Notes: generated by a model not told the origin, from the letters alone. 64,000 bases of DNA from Candidatus Obscuribacterales bacterium (GCA_965228855.1 CBDDIJ010000003.1:736001-800000); one strand, 5' to 3'; counted from the first letter of the stretch, positions 48,001-56,777 are shown. Numbers and translations are program-made.

Positions 48001-51000
48001 TGCCTGCTGGGATCGTCAATCCACTGTAGTAGAGCGCGATTGTTCCACCGGCATTGTCGGTTCCTGCTGCGCTCCTATTTATTGTTGGAGCGCCAAGCGT
48101 GGAGAGGTTGAGAATTCCGGTGCCAGCATCCAGCGTCAAGCCCGCTCCGTCGCCGTCTGCGACCAGAGTCGTCGGCAGAGCGGATACGAAGATACCGCCG
48201 CTGCCTGTATTCCTTACCGTAATTTCGCCTCCGTCACCAGATGTGGTGCCGGCGTTGGCCGTAATTGCTCCGCTTCCATTGCTGCCGCCACCACCCAAAT
48301 TGAATGCGCTGGCGCTGCCGGAGATTAGAGTTACCGTTCCGGCGTTGCCGATCGTCGTGTTGCTGCTTACGTCGATTGTGCCCACTGAAATATTGCCACC
48401 GGATTGGAGGTAAAGATTTCCTCCGGCAGAGCCGCTCGTGGTGCCGCGCAAGTCGACGTTACCTATGCTGATATCTGCTAGTGTCGCAATACTGAGTGAG
48501 CCGTTAAATGTGGTTTGAGAAGCCACACTGTAGGTGCCACCGGTCAGCGCGCCGGTTTGGAAATTTCCGATAGTCGGTAATCCAAACGATTGAAGCGTGT
48601 TTGGTGTCACATCGATAGATGTATTACTCGGAACAGCAGTTCGTATCGAGATGCTTCCACCCTGATTCGCGGCCATATCAATTTTGGGAAGAACTATTTG
48701 ACCCGGCGAGACAACCACAACATTGCCGTTAGAACCGAATACCGGTGGTGGTACGAAGAAGCTAGATCCGGCAGCTGAAAAGAAATTGTTGACGTTTGAC
48801 GGATTGCTTAGGATATCTCCATATGCGACGAGTGTGATGCTTCCGCCATCAAGGTAAAGCGGATCCGTGCCCCCAAGTGTGTGCGCATCGATGTGGGTGA
48901 TCGCGCGAGCGGTGTACCCATCGACGCGAGTACTTCCGGCATCAAATAGAATAGAACCACCGGAAGTCGATTGCCCAAGAATGTTGATGGTGTCGCCGAC
49001 ACGCTGGAAGTTTGCTCCGGCAATAACTGTAATGTTACCGCCATCCTCGCCGCTGGTGGTTTCAATGGAGGCATCTGAAAAATGTATTCCAGGACCAGTG
49101 ATCGGGTTGTCGATAGTTTGGATAGTGCCACCAGCAATGATGGCAACACCTCCGCCGGCACCACTATACGTCGTACCCCCGCCTGTCGCGTGTGTGATGA
49201 TTCTGGTGGAGAAACTGATGTTTCCCTTTGCAGTCCAGAGCATTGTGTTCTGGTTGCCCGCATCCCCACTAACGACCGCTTGCTGACCTGCAACCAGGAT
49301 GTCTCCGAGCGAGCTGACCTGGAAGTTTCCGAAGAGGCTTACGTCTCCAAACTGGACTCCTCCAGTCCCGCCTTCAAGAGTGACGGTCGAAGCCGACGAC
49401 ACCAGGCTTCGGTAAATGACCATGCCGGCTCCGGAGGTAATCAAACCTCCTTTGACGGTCCCCGCGGTGATGCCGCCGAAACCTCCTGCTGTCGAAACTG
49501 TCAGCGCACCCGCTGGCGTCGACGTACTTATGTATATATCTCCGGTTCCATTAGTGTTGCCTCCACGAGCTATCGCTCCACCCATGGTGATTGCATCGGC
49601 GGTGTCGGCACCGGCGACGATTGCTATGTCTCCGTTGATTCCGGTGCCATTTCCCTTGGTGTCTACATCGAATGCGATTGATGCGGTTCCCGGAAGGATT
49701 ACCTTCCCTTTGCCTCCAGCTCCGCCGTAAGCGAGCACTGTAAGATCACCTCCATTGCCATTGCCGCCGGTGCTGATCGCCCTGAGGTTCTGAATCTTGG
49801 CTCCAGCCAAGAAATTCACATCTCCACCGGTTGCGGACGCACCATTAATGGTGACATCATTTGCATTGACGTTGAAACTGGCTCCTGCAACAACCAGGAC
49901 ATTACCTGCGTTGCCGTCAAAACTAGCATCCAGCGACTGAGAACCATTAGGTCCAGATAAAACATCTCCTCCGGCTACGACTACGATGCCGCCGCTGGTT
50001 ATGACGCTGCCGCCGATGGTGATGTCACCCAGCGCGGTCAGTTGAGATCTCAAAGTGCCATTCGGATTCTGGATCGAAATTAGCGAGCCGGTCAGCAAGT
50101 CACCGTTGGACTGGAGCTTGATCAATCCTCCGATCCCCGCTTGTACCTGGGTGACCGATGTGTCCCCGCCTCCTACGACAGTGGCGCTGCCTCTGGTTGT
50201 CAGATTCCTCGCCGTGACGGTTCCACCGCCAATAGTGCTTGACGGTGTGAGAGAGTTTCCGGAGGTGATACTGCCATTAGTGCCGAAAGTAATTGGTGAG
50301 CCGTTGGAACTGACCGGTTGTGTGTTTGAAACCACGATGTTGCCGGGTGTGCCTGTTCCGTTGAAATTGGATACGTCCTGTATGTTTATCGCAACTCCGC
50401 TGGTCGCGCCAGCGAGCACTGTGATGTTTCCATTGGCGCCGACGCCCTGTCCGTTTGCCTGGAAGAGTCGATTGGTACCATCTAAAGTGAGAATTTGCCC
50501 TTTGGCGCCTCCGGCGCTGGCAAACGCTGCCAGTGTGATATCTCCACCGCTGCCGCCTGCTGTAGAGGTGGAAGCGTCAATTCCCAGTGCTGCGGTAGCG
50601 CCAGACAAGTCGATGTTACCTCCAGAGCTTGAGGCTCCGTTAATTGTTACTGGTGTTGACGCGTTCTGAGTGATACTGCCGATCGACTGGTTCGGGAGAT
50701 TGCCGCCGGACACTGGACCGGAACCAGAAGTTATGTTTGCCCCGGCGATGATGTTTATATCGAATGCAACGCCGCTTAAATCGCGAGCTCTAATGGTCAA
50801 GTTCGGAACCGTCGTTGTGATATCGCCACCGGCGATGATGGCAAGGTCCTCACCTACGATCACGTTGCCACCCAAAACAATATTTCCGGTATTGAAATAG
50901 GTTGGGTCTCCGGTGAGGCATTGCTCACCGAGCACTAGAGTGTCTGTATCAGTGCTCACGTGAGCAGCCAGACCAGTCGTGTTGACCTTGCCGGTCAGGT

Positions 51001-52294
51001 CTTCGACAGTGACTGTCGCTGTGCCTTGTCCTGCGTTTATATTCAAATCTTTTGAATAGAGGTTGCCACCATAAAGAATACTATCAGTGGTGCCCGCGTA
51101 ATCTGCCTCTCGGAGGTTGATAGCACCGTTCAAAGCGCTCATGTTGCCGGCCAAGTTATTGACCAGCAGCTTCGCATCCGGGGTAGCAGTGAGTGTTATG
51201 TCGCCATTAGTTGAGGCAATCGAGCCATAGTTCGTAATTGCAGCGGAATTGAGAAGAACACTGCCGTTTGCCTGGGCTACCGCTCCACCTGCATTGTTGA
51301 TAGCTCGTCCGGCCGTCAGCTCCAGACTGCCGGAGCTGGAAATGTTTCCAAAGTTATTCAAATCGCGATCAGCGCGAAGTGCCAGATTCAGTTCCGGATT
51401 TGAAGCGGTTGAGCCCGATGAGATTGAGGCGCCCGACTCATTATTGATGTCACGCGCTGCAATCACCGCGGTGTTTTTATTTGCGTTGGTGGATATCGCG
51501 GTGAGCGATCCATAGTTTTGAATATCGCTTGTTACTCGCACACCATCTGCGGTGCGAGCAAAATCTCCGGTAACGGCTACGTTTTGAGGAATCACTAACT
51601 CGGATGCGCGGATTGTCGCTCCATCATCGCTGACGTTGTTGAGATTGAGAGAGCCGCCGGTAGCAGCTCCTCGATTGCTGAGTTCCAGCGATTGATCGCC
51701 GGTGGCCAGCTTCTGGTTCAACGCCGCAAATTCAGCTGCGGTCACTTTGCTGCCTGCTGAAATTTCCTTTGTCTGGTTGCCGACCTTAATTGAAACGGTT
51801 CCGGTCAGCAGATTATCGCCGACCGTAATATTTGCGGTTGTGGATGACAGGTCAAGTGACAAACCGTGGGTGACGATTTTCGATTTTCCGTTATCGTTAA
51901 TATACGTGCTGCGACCCTGGGTCGGGCGTTCCGTGCGAAATGTCGAGACCTGACCTGGAAAGAGTATGGCAGTGTTTTCTCTGCTGTTGATGTGATTAAA
52001 GTTGGGTTCTGTACGGGTGACGCCTACTGATGCCGCAGTCGGGATATTCGTGGAGCTTCTCAGTGCCCGGCTTTCCATCATCGAGACCCGATTCTCAAGA
52101 CGAACATCATGCCGTTGTTGGCGCAGTTCATGGCGTTCTGCGCGCAAACTTGACCTCGCGCCTGTACCGTGCAAATCAGGGACTGCATTTGGATTGGCTT
52201 GAGCCGCGGTTGATGTTCCGATCGCCAAAATGCTAGCCACGACCGAAGCGTCGAGAGCCTTAATCCAGTTCTGTTTCAAGTCTTGTGTGTTCAT
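42035..52294 (-). CDS. Giant secreted Gly/Ser/Thr/Asn-rich beta-helical surface protein (filamentous-hemagglutinin-like repeats)
   Basis: ~3,419 aa from ATG 52294 (GGTGGA RBS); signal peptide ending AAQA; many GG[NDS][IV]T[LV] beta-solenoid units; distinct C-terminal domain. Confidence 0.85.
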   Translation of the reverse strand: MNTQDLKQNWIKALDASVVASILAIGTSTAAQANPNAVPDLHGTGARSSLRAERHELRQQRHDVRLENRVSMMESRALRSSTNIPTAASVGVTRTEPNFNHINSRENTAILFPGQVSTFRTERPTQGRSTYINDNGKSKIVTHGLSLDLSSTTANITVGDNLLTGTVSIKVGNQTKEISAGSKVTAAEFAALNQKLATGDQSLELSNRGAATGGSLNLNNVSDDGATIRASELVIPQNVAVTGDFARTADGVRVTSDIQNYGSLTAISTNANKNTAVIAARDINNESGASISSGSTASNPELNLALRADRDLNNFGNISSSGSLELTAGRAINNAGGAVAQANGSVLLNSAAITNYGSIASTNGDITLTATPDAKLLVNNLAGNMSALNGAINLREADYAGTTDSILYGGNLYSKDLNINAGQGTATVTVEDLTGKVNTTGLAAHVSTDTDTLVLGEQCLTGDPTYFNTGNIVLGGNVIVGEDLAIIAGGDITTTVPNLTIRARDLSGVAFDINIIAGANITSGSGPVSGGNLPNQSIGSITQNASTPVTINGASSSGGNIDLSGATAALGIDASTSTAGGSGGDITLAAFASAGGAKGQILTLDGTNRLFQANGQGVGANGNITVLAGATSGVAINIQDVSNFNGTGTPGNIVVSNTQPVSSNGSPITFGTNGSITSGNSLTPSSTIGGGTVTARNLTTRGSATVVGGGDTSVTQVQAGIGGLIKLQSNGDLLTGSLISIQNPNGTLRSQLTALGDITIGGSVITSGGIVVVAGGDVLSGPNGSQSLDASFDGNAGNVLVVAGASFNVNANDVTINGASATGGDVNFLAGAKIQNLRAISTGGNGNGGDLTVLAYGGAGGKGKVILPGTASIAFDVDTKGNGTGINGDIAIVAGADTADAITMGGAIARGGNTNGTGDIYISTSTPAGALTVSTAGGFGGITAGTVKGGLITSGAGMVIYRSLVSSASTVTLEGGTGGVQFGDVSLFGNFQVSSLGDILVAGQQAVVSGDAGNQNTMLWTAKGNISFSTRIITHATGGGTTYSGAGGGVAIIAGGTIQTIDNPITGPGIHFSDASIETTSGEDGGNITVIAGANFQRVGDTINILGQSTSGGSILFDAGSTRVDGYTARAITHIDAHTLGGTDPLYLDGGSITLVAYGDILSNPSNVNNFFSAAGSSFFVPPPVFGSNGNVVVVSPGQIVLPKIDMAANQGGSISIRTAVPSNTSIDVTPNTLQSFGLPTIGNFQTGALTGGTYSVASQTTFNGSLSIATLADISIGNVDLRGTTSGSAGGNLYLQSGGNISVGTIDVSSNTTIGNAGTVTLISGSASAFNLGGGGSNGSGAITANAGTTSGDGGEITVRNTGSGGIFVSALPTTLVADGDGAGLTLDAGTGILNLSTLGAPTINRSAAGTDNAGGTIALYYSGLTIPAGNISLQANGTGSGSGGTVIVHNNAGPLTVGSNPGEFSIQVNGAAGTATVDLASTGAMLINTGWNFTETSTLRSGSTLTVNSSQFGKDVRMSANGTLIINAAITADPVTLTSTSDIQLNNNVTADGGILIVSGGNISTTLPNLQIDASSASGPGGNVVMAAGAAFTETDTDVTINGASSTGGSIDFTTGGGALSQITSASTAVNGTAGDITLLAFQGAAANTGRIQSNSGSINASGTLTHGAISILANHNTGTAISFLGAIGSAGSGTSGAAITVNAATPVVGTAGAILKSDASYSGTFTGGSLAGGNVSLNSVAAGPGFIDVSTNGDLQISSVLGLAPSNFNAPTVTLKSGVTSNFSVGSVGLSGSGNGSGGHLLIDAGSGTVSIGPIFADSGNTAGDGGTVDITVRSATSFLAPAISVLGQGTASGGGSIAIRNLSTGGITTSAALNASGTAAGGDVLLDAGSGQLTATGGLSASANAGGSGFAAGDIEFIASSMTGTFISLFANNGAAGTGNITLTTSGGNVLATSGSVFLVAGNNVELDLSSGNLNTSATNAGPIQITAGGAVLGAQANLIANSTGTNNDGGMITVSGSSGITLHDVMAKPNGTGNGGAITLTSASGAIQLNSIDSLRSNVSMTAGNGVHLTSKLDTAASLTLTINGGDAIFDAANNNIMSLTGFGSGTISLNNGSNPLSLGPIGANQSVALSTTSATGITFQSGFNTTGTVLLDTPTVTNPGSTITAASITIENLSGNLTVNGGAGAQLIGTTPAAGTPGNPSSPAAITFSTAPGANLNLFGNLTFTGDVFLNNPSGTTTSNPGSLYTGNNNITMKTLNWVQTGGGNIVASNLIFSGVSIINPTGDVTLLSPVTYSGRDVVIAAFGNVNLGNFNITTASSTTSGGDITMLAGFTFSPNTGGQTTSQTPYDITGFNPAGGSITGTGTIDSTSSFAGGNAGSVTAIAHLGAVSLGPIFAAASTGVGGDVSLYGGNGVSVGNINAGGAAGSGNVTASISEVQIIGTPVIDSGSVSAGLTPTGVKAAGTITVGAITAGANIAIEGLGPVNVNGALSANSITIDTDKTGFLTLTGVNNITATPDSGNDGGSITIDILNYVVSGNQALTLNANSNVGGDGGQISFTTTDTVNLGAFLILNATGTNSGGTISVETDYILNASGGINAAGSNGRGAVISLNANGAYIDLNNQAFLSQINGTGAAGDGGGISLIASSIFAGSTPSSPLALSAMGSGTGNGGSITYITNDTTTTYVGSNPAKEPKAPVNYVTFDARGGVTGGNGGNLNVLTGGNLTVDPTAVQVGPRGANGNGGFMAFEADNPDGKTGNLIVLGNLSANGNGIGTAGAITLRSDSKKAFTIGGTKTPKNGVMGNLSAGTTNGNVIVVNNAGGITVSASNAIASGNVSLTAGAKGSITQGKGVVISVGNALTMTTDAGNVGKKPLLVSAQNLFLNSSTGNVNVQDLVTGAITVSSNGVGGDLSVESTSGGMTVLTDLITSSGDISLIADTGTLRINAGLNVQANNGALTLAALDTVNGDIDIQTGASVQTAGKGGQVVVAIGQPPKKGTLSTTPPNITISEIGKGKVYFGPGGVVAPTPTATVVAMNKNVIFNNLSTNGKLITLGSGSLVKADPPVKSAAMSRGAVFGAGSGASVETAVSEILTGSMSTQLSELSSVDLLATSNTLTASSTTSAAFNNRNTLINIATVDAQALNETTNGITDSKTGRALGTIGDAENNLQNSNASTYTGSSFSAGGITDAEEAVQETATSDSGNLIIDALIHTNGGQLLQREDHNGVKMNTIATAGGSKQKAAERHVLSNGNVLFAPQADTIVETTHGSVELAAGAIALIMQTKNALSVYDLHDQSKNAVVINTGGNRISLSPGRHVLVSDNAQHGFAHANLIELVQYRNIKEAKQNDTSVFTTEFAIPSVCYAVKPLKTLMASNHREANAIAKRIIKTTAVLSTIAPDRGDFVQFFKAQRTAMVK

Positions 52295-52444
52295 GCAATC
52301 CACCAGAGTGTAGGGCGGCAGTATCGAATTATTCCATGCGAAAACAGTGCGGACGAAAACTCGTCCGCTTTCGATACCGATCGCGAGTCGCGCCACGGGA
52401 TGCCCGGTCCGATGTCGTGCCAGGTGACATGCGTTCCAGCCAAA

Positions 52445-52453
52445 ATAGTATCA
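52445..52453 (-). promoter_or_regulatory. Candidate extended -10 promoter for the giant surface protein
   Basis: Minus strand TG-A-TACTAT ~150 nt upstream of ATG 52294. Confidence 0.3.
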
Positions 52454-52742
52454 GAGAATTAGCTCGTCAATTGCTCATTCAAGCGATGCGGGAGGGTGAT
52501 TTTCTTGCAAGGCTGTCAAGTGGTTTGATTTCACAGTGTTTTTGAAATTGACCGCCATCTTCGATTTTGGCTTTAGTATCGAAACCGCAACATCGGAGAC
52601 GCCCCTTCATGTGCCGTATGGGGGGCGTACGCGAAAGCCGACGATCACAATTCAGGGAAATCGATTTGACGGCCAGCTCGGGGTGGTCTGACTGGCGGTT
52701 TACCCGTTCTGTCTTGTAAGGTTTTGCGGAAACCTCTCTCTG

Positions 52743-53543
52743 CTATTTCAAGTTATGCAAAATAGTTGTCATTTTGCTCCACGCATCGTCGCGGGCCGCG
52801 CGATCGGGTTCTTTCGCATCCGGGGATTCGCCACTGCGCATGAAACCATGACCGGCGTCCTTATAAATCTTGGGGGAAAATGTTTTCGATGCATCTTTCA
52901 TCTTTGTGATGGTATCGTCAACGGTGCTGGTGACGCGATTGTCATTCTCCCCGTAAAATCCATAAACCGGTGCTTCGATTTTGTCGACTTCTTCGAGGCT
53001 CGCATTCGGATTTCCGTAAAAAACTAATCCTGCTTTTAAACCCTTGAGACTGGTCATCGCAAGCCATGTTTGCGTGCCACCCCAGCAGAATCCGGCGGCA
53101 GCGATCGTTCCACTAGCCGATGGCAAATGCTTACCGTACTCTAAAACTGCTGCCATATCCGCAGATAGCTGTTCACGTGGAAGAGCGGAAACCGCCTTTC
53201 GAACTTCATCCACGCTTTTGTAGTTTGCTGTTTCTTCACCTGGTTTTCCGGAAAGAAAATCCGGAGCGATTGCAATAAAGCCGTTTTTAGCTAGCTCGTC
53301 GCAGACTTCGCGAACCCAGTCACTCAATCCGAAGATCTCATGGATAACTAGTACAACGGTCGCTTTTCCCTTGATTTCCGGATATGCGACAAAGCATTTT
53401 ATCTTGCGATCATTGCGGTTCACCTCCACCCATTCGAGATGGCGGGGGGATTTTTCAAGTTTTTCCCGCGCCCAATCTTGGGCGTTGGCAGCAGGGCAAA
53501 AAAGCAGGTTCAGCAGAATCGCGAAAGTAATAATCCTTGTCAC
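52743..53543 (-). CDS. Secreted dienelactone hydrolase family protein
   Basis: HEIFG, GFCWGG nucleophile motif, AGHGF; AGAGGA RBS supports GTG at 53543 followed by a signal peptide. Confidence 0.92.
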   Translation of the reverse strand: MTRIITFAILLNLLFCPAANAQDWAREKLEKSPRHLEWVEVNRNDRKIKCFVAYPEIKGKATVVLVIHEIFGLSDWVREVCDELAKNGFIAIAPDFLSGKPGEETANYKSVDEVRKAVSALPREQLSADMAAVLEYGKHLPSASGTIAAAGFCWGGTQTWLAMTSLKGLKAGLVFYGNPNASLEEVDKIEAPVYGFYGENDNRVTSTVDDTITKMKDASKTFSPKIYKDAGHGFMRSGESPDAKEPDRAARDDAWSKMTTILHNLK

Positions 53544-53631
53544 AGGCAATCCTCTAGTCATGGATGAAAAAGCAGTTTGACAGTATACTTTTGATGCTCT
53601 AAGTTGTGCAATAATTGAATCTCTTTCGACA

Positions 53632-54093
53632 ATGAAAATTTGGGTTGATGCAGATGCCTGTCCCGGAGCCGTCAAAGACATAATTGTCACTGCGGCTCAT
53701 CGTCGCAAGGTCGAAACAGTTTTTGTCGCGAATAAGCTGATAGTTGTACCAACCTCCCCGATGATATCGGCGATCCAGGTTGATATGTCGCCTGATGCGG
53801 CTGACCGGCTAATCGAATCTCGTGCGGTGAAGGGAGATCTTGTCATAACACAAGACATTCCACTTGCTCATGCGCTTGTTCAGAATTCGGTGACCGTAAT
53901 CAATCCTCGAGGTGAAGCGTTCACTCCGGAAAACATCGGAGAGCGCCTCTCTATGCGTAATTTGATGCAGGACGTGCGCGACGCTGGCGAGCTTACAGGT
54001 GGACCGAAAGCATTTGGCGATAAGGAAAAACGCGCGTTCGCGTCGATGTTTGATAAGGAATTGACGAGGCTGTTGCGAGCGTCCAGTGTATGA
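53632..54093 (+). CDS. YaiI/YqxD (DUF188) family protein
   Basis: MKIWVDADACP, DAAD, GDLVITQDIPLA. Confidence 0.93.
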   Translation: MKIWVDADACPGAVKDIIVTAAHRRKVETVFVANKLIVVPTSPMISAIQVDMSPDAADRLIESRAVKGDLVITQDIPLAHALVQNSVTVINPRGEAFTPENIGERLSMRNLMQDVRDAGELTGGPKAFGDKEKRAFASMFDKELTRLLRASSV

Positions 54094-56042
54094 CCGGCCT
54101 CAATTTTCCACAAATGTGTTCAGAAGTTTGGAGTATCAGGAAGTCCAGCGCTAAAGTAATCTTAGTCGGCGGTTCAATAGTTTGGTACCACTTATGTGCG
54201 CCGCCGGTGGTGGCACATGAAGCGATGCCGAACACCTGCGACATCGGAGGAGATAGCTTAATTCAACGTCAGCTGACTCGTGTCAGGGACAGACCATCTG
54301 CCGGCATCGGCATCATTGATAGGCGTTTACAGCAACTCGACAGCGGTCAGGCACGCGTGTCGCCGGGTGACTGGCGCACGGATTTCAGTGATTACTCCGC
54401 TATTTTTGCGCCAGTCAGTCAAAAGACTCTCACAAGACTTGAACATTGCCGCTTGTATAACTATCGAGGTGTGGTTGACACGAATGGGAAACAGTTTAAC
54501 CAGGCCGAGAAGGACTTTCGGAAGGCACTTACCTTTTGCAATCGTTATTCGAATACGTGGTCGAATCTTGGTGTGATCATGCACAAATTGCACAAAACAA
54601 AGGAAGCGTTCGAGTGCATCAATACCGCAATATCCATCAATCCCAGGTGCACAAGTGCATGGAAAGCAAAGTCGGACCTTGAAAAGGCATGCAATCAAAT
54701 AGCTGAGGCAAAGGCTTCTGCTGCGGAATTTTCCAGAGTGAACCTGCAAAACAAGAAGGACGGTCTCGATCCTGAACTTATGGATCTGGCAGCCTTTGTT
54801 CAGACGGAGCTGGAGAAACTTCCTCCTACAGCTTCATCCTGCGCCGCTGTTGGATTGTTGCACTGGAACCATTTGCGTTTCGACCAGGCAGAGATGTATT
54901 ACAAAAAGGGCATGGCGTGCAAGCCTGCAAATTTTTTGCCTGTTTACAATTTAGGTCGGTTACAGAGTTGGCGTGGAAAAAATCGAGAGGCCCTGCAATT
55001 GTACGATCAGGCTATCGCAATTGATGGTTCGGTGGCTCTACCATATTTTCAAAAAGCAAATTCATTCAAAATCTTGAAGAGCTACGATGGCGCAATTGCA
55101 AATTTCACTGAGTTTCTCAAGCTGTACAAATTCTCCAACAACATGCGAGCGAAAGGCTACGTACTGAGATCCGAATGTTATGGTGAGCGCAAACAGTTTG
55201 AACGCGGGCTCCAGGACTTGAAGATGGTCGATGGTTTGAACTGCAGTGATGAGTTGCGGGCAAACAGTTCGTTGCGGCGCGCGCAGTTTTTAAACAAACT
55301 GGGTCGCAAGAAGGAAGCGCTTGCGGAGTACGATAAGGCGATTTCTATCGCACCGAATGCTCCGGTTCTGCTGAAGGAGCGTGGAGAATTGGCAGCGTCC
55401 CTCGGCGAATATGAAGAGGGAATGATGGACTTGAGTAAGTCCATGCAGCAGGTAGAGTCTTCAAAGCGAGCTGAGATTGCTCCGCCGTCACAGAAGCAGC
55501 TAGCTGACACGATTGCGGAGCAGAGCAAGTTGATCAGGCTTGCGCCGAAATCGGAATCTTTGTACTACGATCGCGGGCTTTTGCGACTTATGTCGGGCGA
55601 TTATTCTGCTGCTGTTTCCGATTTAAAAACGGTGCTGAAGTTGAACAAAGAGCCGTCGCAAACAGCGGACGCAGCGGTTTGTTTTACGGTGATTGGATTG
55701 AACCTGAGCAACAGGGGAATTGAGGTGAAGCCGCTCGTCATGAGCTATGTGCGCGGGCGAAAGGGACCGTTCTCGCCTGCTCTCGAGTACATTGGGGGCC
55801 GCACTGAGTTGCAGAAGGCGATCGACCGATTGCGCACAAACGACGAGAAGACACGAGGCTACGCAATTCTTGGGTTGCATGAGTATTCGCTCGGGCACTA
55901 TGCTAACTCTCAAAAGCTCTTGAACTGGGTAAGTCTGAACGGGAATGTCAGTGCCGACGAGTATCCTCTGGCCATCTCTTATCAAAAGAAGTGTCAGGCA
56001 AAACTCGATGGCAAAACGAGCAAGAAACCGAAGAGTCTCTGA
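54090..56042 (+). CDS. TPR repeat protein
   Basis: Many TPRs (YNYRGVV...QFNQAEKDFRKAL; YYDRGLLRLMSGDYSAAVSDL); ATGA overlap with the upstream gene. Confidence 0.88.
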   Translation: MTGLNFPQMCSEVWSIRKSSAKVILVGGSIVWYHLCAPPVVAHEAMPNTCDIGGDSLIQRQLTRVRDRPSAGIGIIDRRLQQLDSGQARVSPGDWRTDFSDYSAIFAPVSQKTLTRLEHCRLYNYRGVVDTNGKQFNQAEKDFRKALTFCNRYSNTWSNLGVIMHKLHKTKEAFECINTAISINPRCTSAWKAKSDLEKACNQIAEAKASAAEFSRVNLQNKKDGLDPELMDLAAFVQTELEKLPPTASSCAAVGLLHWNHLRFDQAEMYYKKGMACKPANFLPVYNLGRLQSWRGKNREALQLYDQAIAIDGSVALPYFQKANSFKILKSYDGAIANFTEFLKLYKFSNNMRAKGYVLRSECYGERKQFERGLQDLKMVDGLNCSDELRANSSLRRAQFLNKLGRKKEALAEYDKAISIAPNAPVLLKERGELAASLGEYEEGMMDLSKSMQQVESSKRAEIAPPSQKQLADTIAEQSKLIRLAPKSESLYYDRGLLRLMSGDYSAAVSDLKTVLKLNKEPSQTADAAVCFTVIGLNLSNRGIEVKPLVMSYVRGRKGPFSPALEYIGGRTELQKAIDRLRTNDEKTRGYAILGLHEYSLGHYANSQKLLNWVSLNGNVSADEYPLAISYQKKCQAKLDGKTSKKPKSL

Positions 56043-56159
56043 GTCCGATCGTTGCCGATGGATACGTACTTGGCGCAAATTCCAACGCTGAAGCTGTCGA
56101 AAACTCAGCGTTCATTTGTGGATATTTTTCAACGCCTCATTATAGATTCGTTTGAGGAG

Positions 56160-56462
56160 TCAACTGCTCGATGCAAAACTACTAAAGATTCTAGACAGCA
56201 ATGATTGAGATGCGGATTTTTTTGCGCAGGCATTTATTGTAATCAACCGTCCTTTAATCTTGGAGTCTCTGGCTATTTCCATTGCACTTAACGCCACGGC
56301 CCGAGAACAGAATCCGACGAATGCAAATCCCTTCGGTCTTCCCGATTTTGAATCAACGATTATTTCAACATCACAATCGAATCCCAGCGATTTGAACAAG
56401 GCTATAAGCTCGGAATCAACACTATCGAGAGGTAGATTGCCAATTAATAACCGATTACTCAT
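56160..56462 (-). CDS. RRM-type RNA-binding protein
   Basis: RNP2 LLIGNL and RNP1 KGFAFV. Confidence 0.85.
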   Translation of the reverse strand: MSNRLLIGNLPLDSVDSELIALFKSLGFDCDVEIIVDSKSGRPKGFAFVGFCSRAVALSAMEIARDSKIKGRLITINACAKKSASQSLLSRIFSSFASSS

Positions 56463-56497
56463 TACAAAAAAACCTGCATGCGAAATACAAACTCACC

Positions 56498-56671
56498 TGC
56501 AATCCAATGCTAAATGCGGATTGCAAACTTGCGCAAGTATGCAAATAGTATACATTTGCAATGCGTATCCTGTCAAATGTTGACGAGTATCGACATCTTG
56601 GAGCCATTGCCACGTCCGAAGTTAGGTTCCAATGGTTGTTTTCAAGGATCTACTTGCGAAACTCTGCAAGT
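56498..56671. promoter_or_regulatory. Cluster of TTGC/GCAA-core palindromes, probable ArsR operators
   Basis: TGCAATCC-N12-GGATTGCA (56498-56525), TTGCAAACTTGCGCAAGTATGCAA (56521-56544), TGCAAAT-N7-ATTTGCA (56540-56560), ACTTGC-N8-GCAAGT (56652-56671). Confidence 0.5.
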
Positions 56672-56777
56672 GCTAATATAATGGACTCAATTCTTTTATT
56701 CCCGAATTCAAGAGACGATGGAAATTTGCCCCGTCGTCTCTTGGATTTTATCCCCCGCTAGAAACTGTGGGTGCAGC

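Noticed and set aside
42882..52236. Many Pro/Val-rich + strand ORFs
   Set aside because: Mirror-frame artefacts of the Gly/Thr/Asn-rich giant gene
52295..52740. c-di-GMP, TPP or other known riboswitch upstream of the giant gene
   Set aside because: I could not match known consensus elements by eye; kept only as an unassigned structured region
53544..53690. Longer start for the dienelactone hydrolase
   Set aside because: Overlaps the divergent YaiI gene; the RBS and signal peptide support GTG 53543
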